Below are positions 53,101-64,000 of a stretch of 64,000 nucleotides of DNA, piece by piece (the stretch's first letter is position 1; the number at the start of each line of letters is the position of its first letter). Origin of the DNA: Mytilus trossulus (taxonomy: Eukaryota). The stretch covers positions 37,944,001 to 38,008,000 of the forward strand of contig NC_086381.1 in NCBI RefSeq assembly GCF_036588685.1. The letters run 5' to 3'. A model generated the notes under the pieces. It did not search any database, was not told where the DNA came from, and saw only the letters and a list, made by a program, of their open reading frames with translations. Position numbers and translations under genes: made by a program.

Positions 53101-56100
53101 TATTTGGCACACCTTTTTAGAATTTTTGATCCTCAATGCTATTCAACTTTCAATTTGTTTGTCTTTCTAACCATGTTGACTTGAGCGTAACTGTTGTGTC
53201 GAACGAAACGTGCGTCTGGCGTATCAAATTATAAGCTGGGTAACTTTGATCGTAAAAAGTAAAATAACAAAACTATCGAACTCCTCGGAAAATTTAATGG
53301 TAAAATCCAAAGGTCAAACACATCAAACAAAGAGAAAACAGCTGTCATATATATTACTAACCTAGCACAGGCTTTTGATTATAACGAAAATTGTGGATTA
53401 AACCTGGCTTTATTGCTGGCTAAACCTTTCACTTGTATGACAGCAGAAATAATACATCATATGGACAACAATATGTGAACAAAACAAACAGACATAATAC
53501 TAGAAGGTAAAAATTTCCAATAAAGGGTACAGCAGTCAACATATTCAATATGAGTAAAAGGAAAACAAATCAACCAAACCGCTTCGGATGCATTTACCAT
53601 ACAGGTTTTTTCTTGTGACGATCTTGAGATATATGATCTTCATTTTAGTCATTTGGAAGTGACGTAGTCCGGCTGGTGTAATTTTGAACAATGTTCAAAG
53701 AAATGATATATTTTTGAAGTCACAAATCAAACAAAAAACAAAATGACAGTTTAAAGCGGAAGTAACATTTTATCCGCTTTCAGTTTATTTAAAGGGGGAA
53801 ATAATCATAAACGCGTAGTGTTTGTGTACCTTTAGCTATGACATGACATGACGTACATAGAATCTGACTGAATTAACGCAATAACAATATCAATTAATGA
53901 AACGCGTGGAAAACATATTCCTATAGTCGAATCTTTCCAGATAACTTTTCAGTTGTAAAGCGAGCTTAACCTTCAAGTTGAATGAAAGTTGTTTAAAGTA
54001 CATATATATGAAGTGAAATATAAAAAAAAACGGGAGAACCGCATCAACTCCGAAAACAGCGATACCATAAGCATCTATATAAGCGTGTCCTGCTATGTAT
54101 TGATGTCTCGACAAACAAACTCTCATTCAGTCCAAATATCACAATCGGTAACATTACAGATCAGTAGCCCTTTTCACACAAAGTCTTCAGTGTAAAATGT
54201 ATCGTACGTCTAAAACAATTCAACTAAATATTTTTATCATTAGATTAATTTTACAATTTAGAATTTACAAAATATTGACACTTCGACACATCATAACGAT
54301 CAACAGAATTATGTAGGTAGCTGTAAAACTTATTTTGAAGTCTCGGTTTCAGTAGTTCTTCTTTTTCCACCTGTTGACACATTGGTGCGTAAAAAAATCT
54401 GGTTAATGAAGTTCAAATAGTGGAACCGGCACGTTTTAATTGTGAAACGTTAGCGTCATACGATAGAACAAAGAGAATGTAACTGCTGCAAAGATGAAGC
54501 TGACAATTGAAAAGTTGACATTATAACGTTTATCATTAATGTTCGTTCGTATTCGCCCAACAGTGTCCATCAGTGTCATTTCGAGGAAAAGATATATAAA
54601 ATATGAAGCAGATCTTATACATTTTTTTCTATAGAAAAATATCACAAATCAGTACATATACAGCAAAAAACAAAATAAAAAACAAAAAGCGGTAGGTCCT
54701 CATCACGACAATATTCAAACCTCTCATTTCACTGCAAATTTAAGACGGTTCCAGTTCATTTGATCCTTAATAACCAATAAGGGAATTATTGACAGACAGT
54801 TATATTATTAAATTGTTTAGTTATTCCCGTTTCATAACAAAACACCGATGCATGATTTATCAATTACATAGGTTTTAGTATTTTGTATTTCAAGTATTAA
54901 TGATAGCTTTGTGTAGCATGTTTCCGAATCAAATTTTCCCAATTTATGTAAAATATGATTATATATTTGTACTTATATATTTAAGCTTAATGTATATTCA
55001 TCACAACGTGAAATGTAATTTTGAGAAAACAAGTATAAAGCGGTATCTACTAGTTTATATAAACCTAGTGTTTTTATAGTTAAAGCAACGGTCTAATCTC
55101 TTTAAAAAAACAAGAAACCACAAACAAATATCAACCACATCAACAAACGACATCAGGTCTTGACCAAATACAGTTGCAAACAAATGCAGCGCGTTTAAAC
55201 GTTTTAATAGGTACCAACATTTACCCTTACATACGACAGTAATGTAAAGTCTCAACATAGAAAGACACACTAAAAAATATCAATTGTAATGGCTAAACTC
55301 AATCGAAAGACATATTAACACAAACAAATGAACATACACTGAACGAATAAATTTGATCTAGGACACAATGTTTGTACAAAAACAATAAGATAAGATACAA
55401 AAATCAAATGCATAGAAAAAAAAACAATAAATAAAGCGGCCATAAGGTTCCAAAAACATGTTTAGTCCGCAACATTCTTCGTCTGGCTTTCCCAAGTCAG
55501 AAGCCTGTAGTTCAGTGGTTGCAATTGGTTTGTCATATTTATTTTTTGTTAATTGTTTTGTTATAAATTGGGTTATCAGTTATCTCAATTGAATTATTTC
55601 ATATATTTTATGAATGAGTCTTTTATAGACAATAGTCCGGTATGGGTTTTTCTCTTTGTTGAAGGCGGTAACGTTGCCTTTATTTGCATACATTTGATGG
55701 AAAGCTGACTTATAGGCTATCATACCACTTCTTTTCTTGATATTTACGATTGTTTTAAGAAATTTACCCTAAATAAATAAATCATGTTTTCCAAGATAAG
55801 AATCAGTTCAAATATCGCATCAAACAGTTTTAGTGTTTAGTTTAATGTCGTAAAATACATACTGTTCTGCAATACAAATAGTTATCAAAGTTACCAGGAT
55901 TAAAATTTAGTACGCCAGACGCGCGTTTCGTCTATATTAGACTCATCAGTGACGCTCATATCAAAATATTTATAAAGCCAAACAAGTACAAAATTGAAGA
56001 GCATTGAGGATCCAAAATTCCTAAAAGTTGTGCCAAAAACGGCTAAGGTAATCTTTGCCTTGGATAAGAACATCCTTAGTTTTTTTTAAAAATCAAAGTT

Positions 56101-58035
56101 TTGTAAGAGGGAAATTTATAAAATGATAGGAGTAAACAACATCAACTGGATGCAGGATCACGAGTATTCATAGCTTCATACATAAATAGCAATACATATT
56201 TTGTTACTAGTAAACAAACTAGAGGCTTTAAAGAGCCTGTGTCGCTCACCTTGGTCTATGTGCAAATTAAACAATAGACACAGATAAATTCATGACACAA
56301 TTGTGTTTTGGTGATGGTGATGTGTTTTAGATCTTTATTTACCGAACATTCTTTTGCTATAATTATCTATAATGAACTCGGCCAAATAATTACAGTGGGA
56401 AGTATTTTGTGAAAATTTACAAAATTTTATGAAAATTGTTAAAAATTGACTATTAAGGGCAGTAACTCCTAAAGGAGGCAACTGACCATTTTGTTCAAGC
56501 TGATTTATTGGTAGATCTTACTTTGCTGGACATTATTGCTGTTTACAGTTTATTTCTATCTTAAATAATATTCAAGATAATAACCAAAATCTGCAAGATT
56601 TCCTTAAAATGACTAATTCAGGGGCAGCAACCCAACAACTAGTTGTCCGATTTGTCTCAAAATTTCAGGACGGATAGGTCTTGACCTAATCAACAATTTA
56701 ACTCCCTGTCAGAATTGCTCTAAATGCTTTGGTTTCAGAGTTATAAGCCATAATCTACATTTTACCCCTATGTTCAATTTTTAGCCATGGCAGCCATCTT
56801 GGTTGGTTGGCCGGATCACGCCACACAATTTTTAAACTAAATACCCCAATGATGATTGTGGCCAAGTTTGGTTAAATTTGGCAGAGCAGTTTCAAAGAAG
56901 AAGATTTTTGTAAAAGAATACTAAAACTTTTGAAAAATGATTAAAAAAAGACTATGAAGGGCAATAACTCCTTAAGGGATCAACTGACCATTTTGGTCAT
57001 ATGACTTATTTGTAGATTTTACTTTGCTGAACATTATTGTTGTTTACAGTTTATCTCTATCTATAATAATATTCAAGATAATAACCAAAATCTGCAAGAT
57101 TTCCTTAAAAATACTAATTCAGGGGTAGCAACCCAACAACTAGTTGTCCAATTTGTCTCAAAATTTCAGGGCGGATAGGTCTTGACCTAATAAACAATTT
57201 AACTCCCTGTCAGAATTGCTCTAAATGCTTTGGTTTCAGATTATAAGCCAAAATTTACATTTTACCCATATGTTCTATTTTTCGTCATGGCGGCCATGTT
57301 GGTTGGTTTGCCGGGTCACGCCACACAATTTTTAAACTAGATACCCCAATGATGATTTTGGCCAAGTTTGTTTAAATTTGGCCCAGTAGTTTCAGAGGAG
57401 AAGATTTTTGTAAAAGTTTACAGACGACGGACGACAGACGCAGGACGCCGGACGACGACAGACGACGGACGCCAAGTGATGAGAAAAGCTAACTAAAATA
57501 TTTGTATCAATGAAATAATAAAATGAAAGTTTGTTGTTTATCTGGCGTTAAAGAAACCATTACTTAATAATTTACAAGTGATACATATAATACGTTTATT
57601 GAAGTTTTAATTGCACCTTCGGACATGGACTTAGTCAACACTGTGAAATAAACACCATGTTTAATGAGGCTAAAGGAATAGCAACATTCAAAACATAAAA
57701 ACTTGACAAACGAAGCAGAATCGTCTGTGTTATCGTTAATGTGTGTGTAGTGTTTCCTGTGTTTATCCGAATTAATTATAATACATATTTTTGAATCGAA
57801 ACGGACAACAATTGCTGTCTTATTCGATTTAAGTTTATTTGGTAAACTTATGCAGTTAATTTGAATACTTTTGATTGTTTGATGTATTGCGTCTGTTCCG
57901 CAGTGATCTGTCACTATGTATTTCTGAAAACAAACTACAAAGGTTTTTTTGCTTTCTTACCATGATTTTTTTTCTTTAAGTCAGTATATTTTAGAATTTT
58001 AATCACATAAAATACACGGTAAGAGGACTTACCAT
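43986..58035 (-). CDS. Paralogue D: secreted Pro/Thr-linker Spaetzle-like cystine-knot protein, 242 aa, join(58033-58035,48901-49169,47292-47396,44561-44743,43986-44154)
   Basis: Canonical splice sites, phases 0,2,2,2, open 729-nt CDS. MRLHITLRLVIFVIYVPSVIHG-GMPPPSPPPTPPSTSALYTDSTTNPPTTTTPTPVPNIAPKPTPNRVCTGPKQIHIEELVEARRSGRYPT-ASIRRAIFKSRRRNRHDLHFARGHGHGFCETYRHK-TADVKPVDKSSVSPRPVPFWLDTCPKYTKYFYFPKTIVYKGQTCWMLSPWYRLRCPYTACT-SRGCQGVKEAYSGITACRQSTWRSYYYYIWCSRSGLVRRRIRLPQCCSCMRLRCP*. Exon 1 was chosen because its upstream sequence resembles that of C. Confidence 0.88.
44561..44743 (-). CDS. Paralogue D coding exon 4
   Basis: tttttag acceptor and GTGAGT donor; lies within ORF 44557..44757. Confidence 0.9.
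44964..45672 (+). repeat. Interspersed repeat family 2, two tandem ~354-bp units
   Basis: GGCTAAGGTAATCT at 44964 and 45318; core TATCAAAGGTACCAGGATTATAAT..CGCCAGACGCGCGTTTCGTCTAC. Other copies at ~5166-5370, ~29700-29960 (rev), ~36751-37398, ~46960-47270, ~53040-53250 (rev) and ~55876-56120. Confidence 0.85.
46100..46645 (-). repeat. Interspersed repeat family 1 copy in intron 3 of D
   Basis: Reverse complement of 26525-27120 with high identity. Confidence 0.85.
47292..47396 (-). CDS. Paralogue D coding exon 3
   Basis: ttttcag acceptor and GTAAGT donor, 105 nt; lies within ORF 47288..47479. Confidence 0.87.
47968..48424. mobile_element. MITE-like foldback element with ~170-bp terminal inverted repeats in TA-rich flanks (intron 2 of D)
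   Basis: AATCATATTCAAAACAGTGTGGTCCTGGCCATTGATTGACGACCTAAATTATCC.. is mirrored almost perfectly at 48320-48414. Confidence 0.85.
48901..49169 (-). CDS. Paralogue D coding exon 2
   Basis: tttcag acceptor followed by AGGCTGCA; GTAAGT donor after SGRYP; lies within ORF 48897..49208. Confidence 0.9.
52319..52455. repeat. Long palindrome, ~60-bp arms with a 13-nt spacer
   Basis: TCGGGTCAATAAAATTCATATCGGGT-ttggctttgtctc-ACCCGATATGAATTTTATTGACCCGA is perfect, with imperfect outer arms. Confidence 0.85.
56215..57490. mobile_element. Non-autonomous Helentron-like (HINE/pearl-type) element with ~500-bp internal tandem repeats
   Basis: Starts ACTAGAGGCTTTAAAGAGCCTGTGTCGCTCACC (short palindrome); tandem units start at ~56449 and ~56951; ends with a (GACG/GACA)n microsatellite and GCCAAGTGATGAGAAAAGCT. 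This architecture is typical of bivalve HINE-like elements. Confidence 0.7.
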
Positions 58036-58087
58036 ACTTGTCTGCCAGTGTTTCCAACTGAAATCTAAAACTTATGATAGATTTATC

Positions 58088-58149
58088 TTATATGCAAAAT
58101 TGCATCATCAAAAATAATTTATTTCTTTTAATATTACGAACATATGACC
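58088..58149 (-). promoter_or_regulatory. Putative core promoter of paralogue D: TATAAG plus an upstream 17-bp motif GGTCATATGTTCGTAAT
   Basis: TATA-like box at ~58088-58092 and motif at 58133-58149, matching the arrangement upstream of C. Confidence 0.55.
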
Positions 58150-61100
58150 GACGTCTCAGGTTATGTCATTGCATGCATGAAAATATGAGCACAATAGAGA
58201 CGTTAATCTGCTCAATCAAAAATAAGTTTATACAATACATGTAAAAACCGCCTAAATACATGCTAAGGAGATCATTTCTGCAAGACATTAAACTTTGAAA
58301 ATAATGCATATTAAAATATTCAGTCAGTACAATTTTGGGTGCATATAACACAAAGATCAACAGATGCTGATTACGTAGTAAACGTTGTTAAACGTACGTA
58401 CTTGAAAGCTGTTCTCACTAACAAATGGATTTGCGTTTTTACTTTAACAAGCAACCTAAGAATAATCTGTGTGGCGGTTTTCCATCATTTTTTAGAGGTG
58501 ATTTCTCTTTCATATTTCAAAAGATGAATGAAAAGCACATCACTTTACTCAAAGAACAATCAAACATATTTTATTTTCAATAACAAAAACAAAAAATAAA
58601 GGGAAAACATTTAATATTTATTCTAAATTATAAAAAAGTATATATTTTCAAAAGTCTGGTTAAATTCAATGAAAATATTTACGTGGGTGTTGCAGTGTCA
58701 AGGCATCGCCGTAGATGGCATTCTCACGTAAGATTTGAATTTTGAAATTACCGTATCTGGTAAATTTGTTGTCGACAACGAAAGGACGGAGTTGGACGCA
58801 GATGAATGGGCAGGAAAAGACAGGAGGTGGAACACATGGTGACACACGGACAGGAAGAAGCTGACATATAGCTAGGTAATGAGTCGGTGGAAGATGCACG
58901 AGTATTCCCACTTTTATGCATAAATCGTCATACACAAATTTAGTAGCTGCAGGTTTTTATGAGTGTTTTCATTGAAAAATACAGGACTCAGACACAAAAA
59001 AGTATATACTCGAAATAATATTAGCCACAACGGAACCGAAAGAAATACTCCTAAGTTAAGTACAATTATTTTTAAAATCCAATATCTTATCTAAGATATG
59101 CTATCAATACAAGATGAGTTTAAAGACAATTGTACATTCAGGTTTCACTGAGGAAAATTGCTTACGAAGTTCGCGAATTGTCAACATTGAATGTACAGTA
59201 CTTGTCTAATTTATGAAAATATTTAGAATACGTCAGAGATATGAAATTTACATGACATTTGAATCACTTATACTTTGTAGTCTTGTTTCTAATTATATTT
59301 AAAATGTTATGTTAATATAATAACTTGAACATAGCGAAAAGGCGAAATCGCGAAAAGGCGAAGTCGAAAAGGTGAACACGTAGAATATGAAGGACGAAAA
59401 CGCGAAAACGCGAAATGGCATTAACCGGCCACCATACTTCAACAACATGTTGTTGCTACCTTTAAAGATATTATATTTCTTTTTAAACAACATGTATTTT
59501 TCTAGACATAATATCTCATTTTAACTGACAAATAACCCATTTTTTAAAACGTGAGCCGCAAAATTGAGATTTTAAAATGAAAGACGAAGATAATTGCACA
59601 TTAAACATTAAACATGACATATCTAGCATTGTTTACCAGCTCAATACAAATATAATGCATATTTAATACAAATGAATGCATTTATTAATTCTGTTGGCTG
59701 CTGGCTAAAACATGGTTTTGAAATCTGTTTAATCATTTGTTAAAACAACTTATTATTTACTCGTTTGTATATTCGTAATCTGCATTAATATGCAGATTTA
59801 ATGCATGCCGTTGATATTTTTTACCTGAATTAGGTAAATCAGTACATATGTCTGTTGAAGCAAACTACTTTAAGTAATTCACGTTTCGATTAATGATTCT
59901 ATTGTAATCATGGTAATAGATTATGTCAATATGTTTAATATGTTGTTTCTTAATGATTTTTTTTTACAGCTGAGTAACATGATGAAAGACAAAATGTTTC
60001 AAATACATGTCTGTACCTATAAAAAGAGCCAATATTCGTTTTCTATTATTCTATGACTTTCTTGAATCGTTTCTAAAGCAACAGATAAGCATTATGCTTT
60101 TTTATCTATATATTGTCGAAACAAGCGGCAAGAAAATGTGTACTAAAGCATTTACATAACACAATCACACTGAATATACGTTTTTCTTTACGAATAGCTT
60201 AAATTTTAATGTTAATCTCTTTTTTTCGGTGTAATTTTATGATAGCCATATAACGTGTTGCAGTATGAAAACGTCTTACACAAAAAAAAGAAATGGACGG
60301 TTCACACGAAATGCTACATCTGCTCTTTATTAAGAGTAATCGAGGGGGACAAGTAGTGTACAGGAAACGCGTCTATTACACAATGTGACAACAATGGTGT
60401 TGCATGCTGTTACAATTTAAAGAAGCATTAATATGAACATAGTTGACAATATTGATTAAAGCAGATGCAATTTTACAATTTAGATTAGGCTACAATAAAA
60501 ATTCACGCAATATATTATACAAATTGTTAGTTAATAATGTTTGGGCATCTTGGTTACTTACTTCAAGCTTGACCCATGTGTAGAACTTGATCTCCGATTG
60601 AGTTGTTTTTTCGGAGTTTGAAATTCACTGCCATACTCTAAATTTATGAAATCATCGAAGACAATTTCTACCAATTCTATACCGTCTCTGCTTATATGAA
60701 CCCCACTCCGTTGGATTCAATTGAACAGTGATCAATACTAAATCTTGTTATAAGTAAGTTCGTTTCATTAGTCACTGTATTTCAGCACTTGTTTTTTTTT
60801 TTACACAGAGTGCTGGTGTAAGGCTATGGACAGACTTTGCATGAAGCTATATTTATTGTTTGTAAGAGTAAGTAACCCTTAACTTTTTTTGATGGAACAC
60901 TGCAGAATCAAATTTATGGTTTTTAACATGGGTTTTTTATGTATCTATGCATGTCATAAGATTAGTTGTTATTTGATCGGTGGCATGTCCCGCTTATGAG
61001 TGTCATTTATCACTAATGATAAAATCACATTAATAACATAATTCAGAATTAGCTATATATTCAGATTGACACACACGCTTGTCAATTGGATTAAGAGTTG

Positions 61101-62269
61101 TGGTTGGTATCGCTAGAGTGTTTATATTTTGATCCCAATTTGAAGGCGACTGCAAATGGATGCACAAAATATTCCTGTTTGAGGTGACGGTAGCTTTTTT
61201 AATTCCAGACACACTTTTAGTTGTTTTGCTTAATTCAACATTAACTTCCTGTGAGTTTTTGTCTTCAACAAACGAGTCATTTGGTTGACGTCCCTGCCTT
61301 CTTAAATACCATGCACATAGCCACTATACAGTTCTTGGTCATCAACATAACAATCCTTCTTCATATCAATTTCTAAAACAGACACTTTAAAGGTAGGGTT
61401 CAAGATTGATATTGAGTACTAAAATATTAACATCTTCGAATGAATGTTTTGTTTTCAAACAAATATGGCATGTCTTTTCTGATGAAATCAGCAAAATTAT
61501 TAATCAAATATAAAAATTTTAAAAAATAAACAACTTACTTTTTATCATTTTAACTGTAAACTATAAATGGTTACTTTTCTTTAAAAGAAGGGCAAAGATA
61601 ACAGAGGGACATATAACTCAATAATCAAAAATAAATTGACAACGCCATGGTTACAAATGATAAACAAAAAGACAAAAAATAGGCCACAAAACTCAACATA
61701 GAAGTTAAAGACAAAACAACACGAACCCCACCATTACATCTCAAACACGTGCGGATGGACAGTGTACATACATGAATCAGAAGTACATGTCCATGTTGAA
61801 CTGATACATTTTTTAAACATAGAACATAACGGCTGCAAGTAATAGTTATATCTAATTGTGATTTAGTTGGTGTTTCAGACTTTGCCATGTAACAACTTTA
61901 TTCAATCTTACGTCATTTTATCATAACTTACACCTCTTGAATAAAGTTACAAAGAACTATAACTAATTTGAAACCTGAATAATGTTACTTGCACACATCG
62001 TAAGCTTATATAGAAAAAAACACTTTTAAACGTTTTTGATGGAGTTGGAGTCCAATCAACTTGAATTTATTACACATGTTCCCTATGATATGATCTTTCC
62101 AAGTTAAATGCCAAATCTCTACTGAAAATAGAAAATAAATGATATTTTGAGTTTTATATGGCCTATTGACAATCTATAGTTGCTGTTTTTCACGTCATTT
62201 GAACTCCGGTTGATTGTTTCTCATTAGCAAGCAAATATTCCATAGATACAGTCAGGTTAGGGTGAGGGG

Positions 62270-62600
62270 TTGGGATCCCACTAACATGTTTAACCCCGCC
62301 ACATTATTTGTGTATGTGCCTATCCCAAGTCAGGAGCCTGTAAATTTAGTGGTTGTCGTTTGTTTATGTGTTACATATTTGTTTTTCGTTCAATTTTTTT
62401 TACATAAATAAGGCCGTTAGTTTTCTCGTTTGAATTGTTTAACATTGTCTTATCGGGGCCTTTTATAGCTGACTATGCGGTAAGGCCTTTGCTCATTGAT
62501 GAAGGCCGCACAGTGACCTATAGTTGTTAATGTCTGTGTCATTTTGGTCTTTTGTGGATAGTTATCTCATTGGCAATCATACCACCTCTTCTTTTTTATA
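62270..62600 (-). repeat. Interspersed repeat family 1 copy
   Basis: GGGTTGGGATCCC..TTTAACCCCGCCACATTATTT..GGCAATCATACCAC shared with 46316-46640. Confidence 0.85.
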
Positions 62601-63667
62601 ATGATTTTGTACGCCAGCCAAATCAGGAACGAGATAAAGACTCAGTCTCGACTTTCCATAATTGATCTGAATAAGCTAAATTTTGACTAAATTCGGATAG
62701 TCACCTTTTAAACTATATATTTCTATTTCAAATCAATTTGAATTTTCATGAAGTATAGTCTTTTCAGACTCTGAACAATAGCTGCTATTTATAAGAGTGA
62801 AGATGGTGAATTTTCATGACCTTTGCAGTTACAAATGATTACCTCAAACCTACATTTAATTTAATATGATCAATTTTAAAACCCGTGTTCCTTACAATTC
62901 GCAGTTTTGGTCGGGATTTTATCTCACTTCGGTCGAAACGTTTGAGGGTCCATGTGAACACACCTCCAATAATGCATCGTTTTATTTAAATATTTGTTTG
63001 CTAGGTATTATTTTTAACTTTGATTTCTATTGGTTTTTAGAAAATACAGTATTGTCAAGTCTCCAACAATCAATATTATATGACACAAATCTCAAATAAA
63101 AAAGACTATATAGTATATCACGATGTATTGGTTTTCTCTGAATTTAACTAGGCTATTGATTATATCAACTGAATTATATACCTTTACAGAAAATCATATT
63201 CTAGAGCTTTCACTTTCACTTTCACTTTTGTTGGTTTTTTTTCATTCTAGTAATTCAAATAGTTGATTTCCGTCTAGACTTTGCATTAGGCTGTATAATT
63301 GGGCATTGTGGTTTAAAGACACCTATCAAACCGTCAGATCAGATAACTTGATTATAAAAATAACAATAACCTGGTTTGTCATTTAAACATTTATAAAAGA
63401 AATTTGAAAACAAATTAACCTTCCACATGTGTCGACCTTCGTGATTCTTAAAATTCTTTGTGCATATTGTTCGAATGATTAGTGTCTTTTCTTACAGTAC
63501 TCTGACAGTACTGTCGGCTATTGTAACTTCCTTCTTTTTGAATTATATGAAATCATTTGCATGAATGTTAGTTGCTTGGTATGCTAGACCATGGACAGTT
63601 ATTATAACTATATAATAATTTGTATATCTTTGCATGGTAAGTCACATCTGTTTTGTTATAAAAAGAA

Positions 63668-64000
63668 TCATGAAAAGCTGAGTTGCTTTACTTTTATTAT
63701 CTGGAGGTCTTTGATCACGTAATGATTTTTTTGCAAAATTTTGACTCTAACGGAGATCACTGTATACAGTTGCCTTTTTTCTTCAAATTTCGATTTTATT
63801 CTTGGTAGCTGAAATCCTTTATGGGGTACTTGTGATTTGAAATTATTCTCTATATCATCATCATTCACAAAACTTGATTCATCATGTGGCGATTTTGAGA
63901 TATTCGGGTTTGCAGCCTCACTATCGGGCAATAGACGGTTACAGTTAGGATCGTAAATAGCCCCTATCCTACTTTTATAGTCATGTGGTCCTCTTAACAA
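63668..64000 (-). other. Open frame running off the window edge; possible exon of an unrelated neighbouring gene
   Basis: 110 codons without a stop and hydrophilic protein-like composition, in AT-rich DNA; no recognisable motif. Confidence 0.3.

Noticed and set aside
58666-58935. GC-richer 89-aa ORF upstream of D
   Set aside because: No recognisable motif or convincing splice sites on either strand.
59334-59430. CGAAAAGG-like short tandem repeats
   Set aside because: A degenerate simple repeat or element fragment with no unique spacers; not a CRISPR array, and the context is eukaryotic.
1-64000. The many 60-110 aa Phe/Ile/Leu/Lys-rich ORFs, and any tRNA or rRNA genes
   Set aside because: The ORF composition is what AT-rich non-coding DNA gives by chance; I saw no tRNA or rRNA signature by eye.

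Overview
AT-rich, intron-rich animal genomic DNA. The interspersed repeats look like bivalve (probably Mytilus-type) families; that taxon call is an inference. The main content is missed by the ORF track: four tandem, co-oriented minus-strand paralogues (labelled A-D here) that I reconstructed by hand. Each has 5 coding exons with identical intron phases 0/2/2/2: an ATG-only first exon, a signal peptide plus variable low-complexity linker, a short basic pro-region exon, and two exons encoding a cationic, aromatic, 10-11 Cys domain ending in RLPQ[CT]C[SL]C. That domain resembles a Spaetzle/neurotrophin-type cystine knot. All four splice into open frames (A 331 aa, B 222 aa, C 227 aa, D 242 aa). 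Paralogue A carries a His/Pro 13-aa tandem repeat. Paralogue B lacks the presumptive inter-chain Cys, and its intron 1 holds a full-length but decayed 7.2-kb Academ-type (DDE + XPG-like nuclease) DNA transposon with TIRs, a 3-bp TSD and nested inserts. The rest is introns and intergenic DNA with MITE-like and Helentron-like repeats, LINE/Penelope-like relics and several long inverted repeats. Repeat boundaries are approximate. No homology search could be run, so family calls rest on motif recognition.
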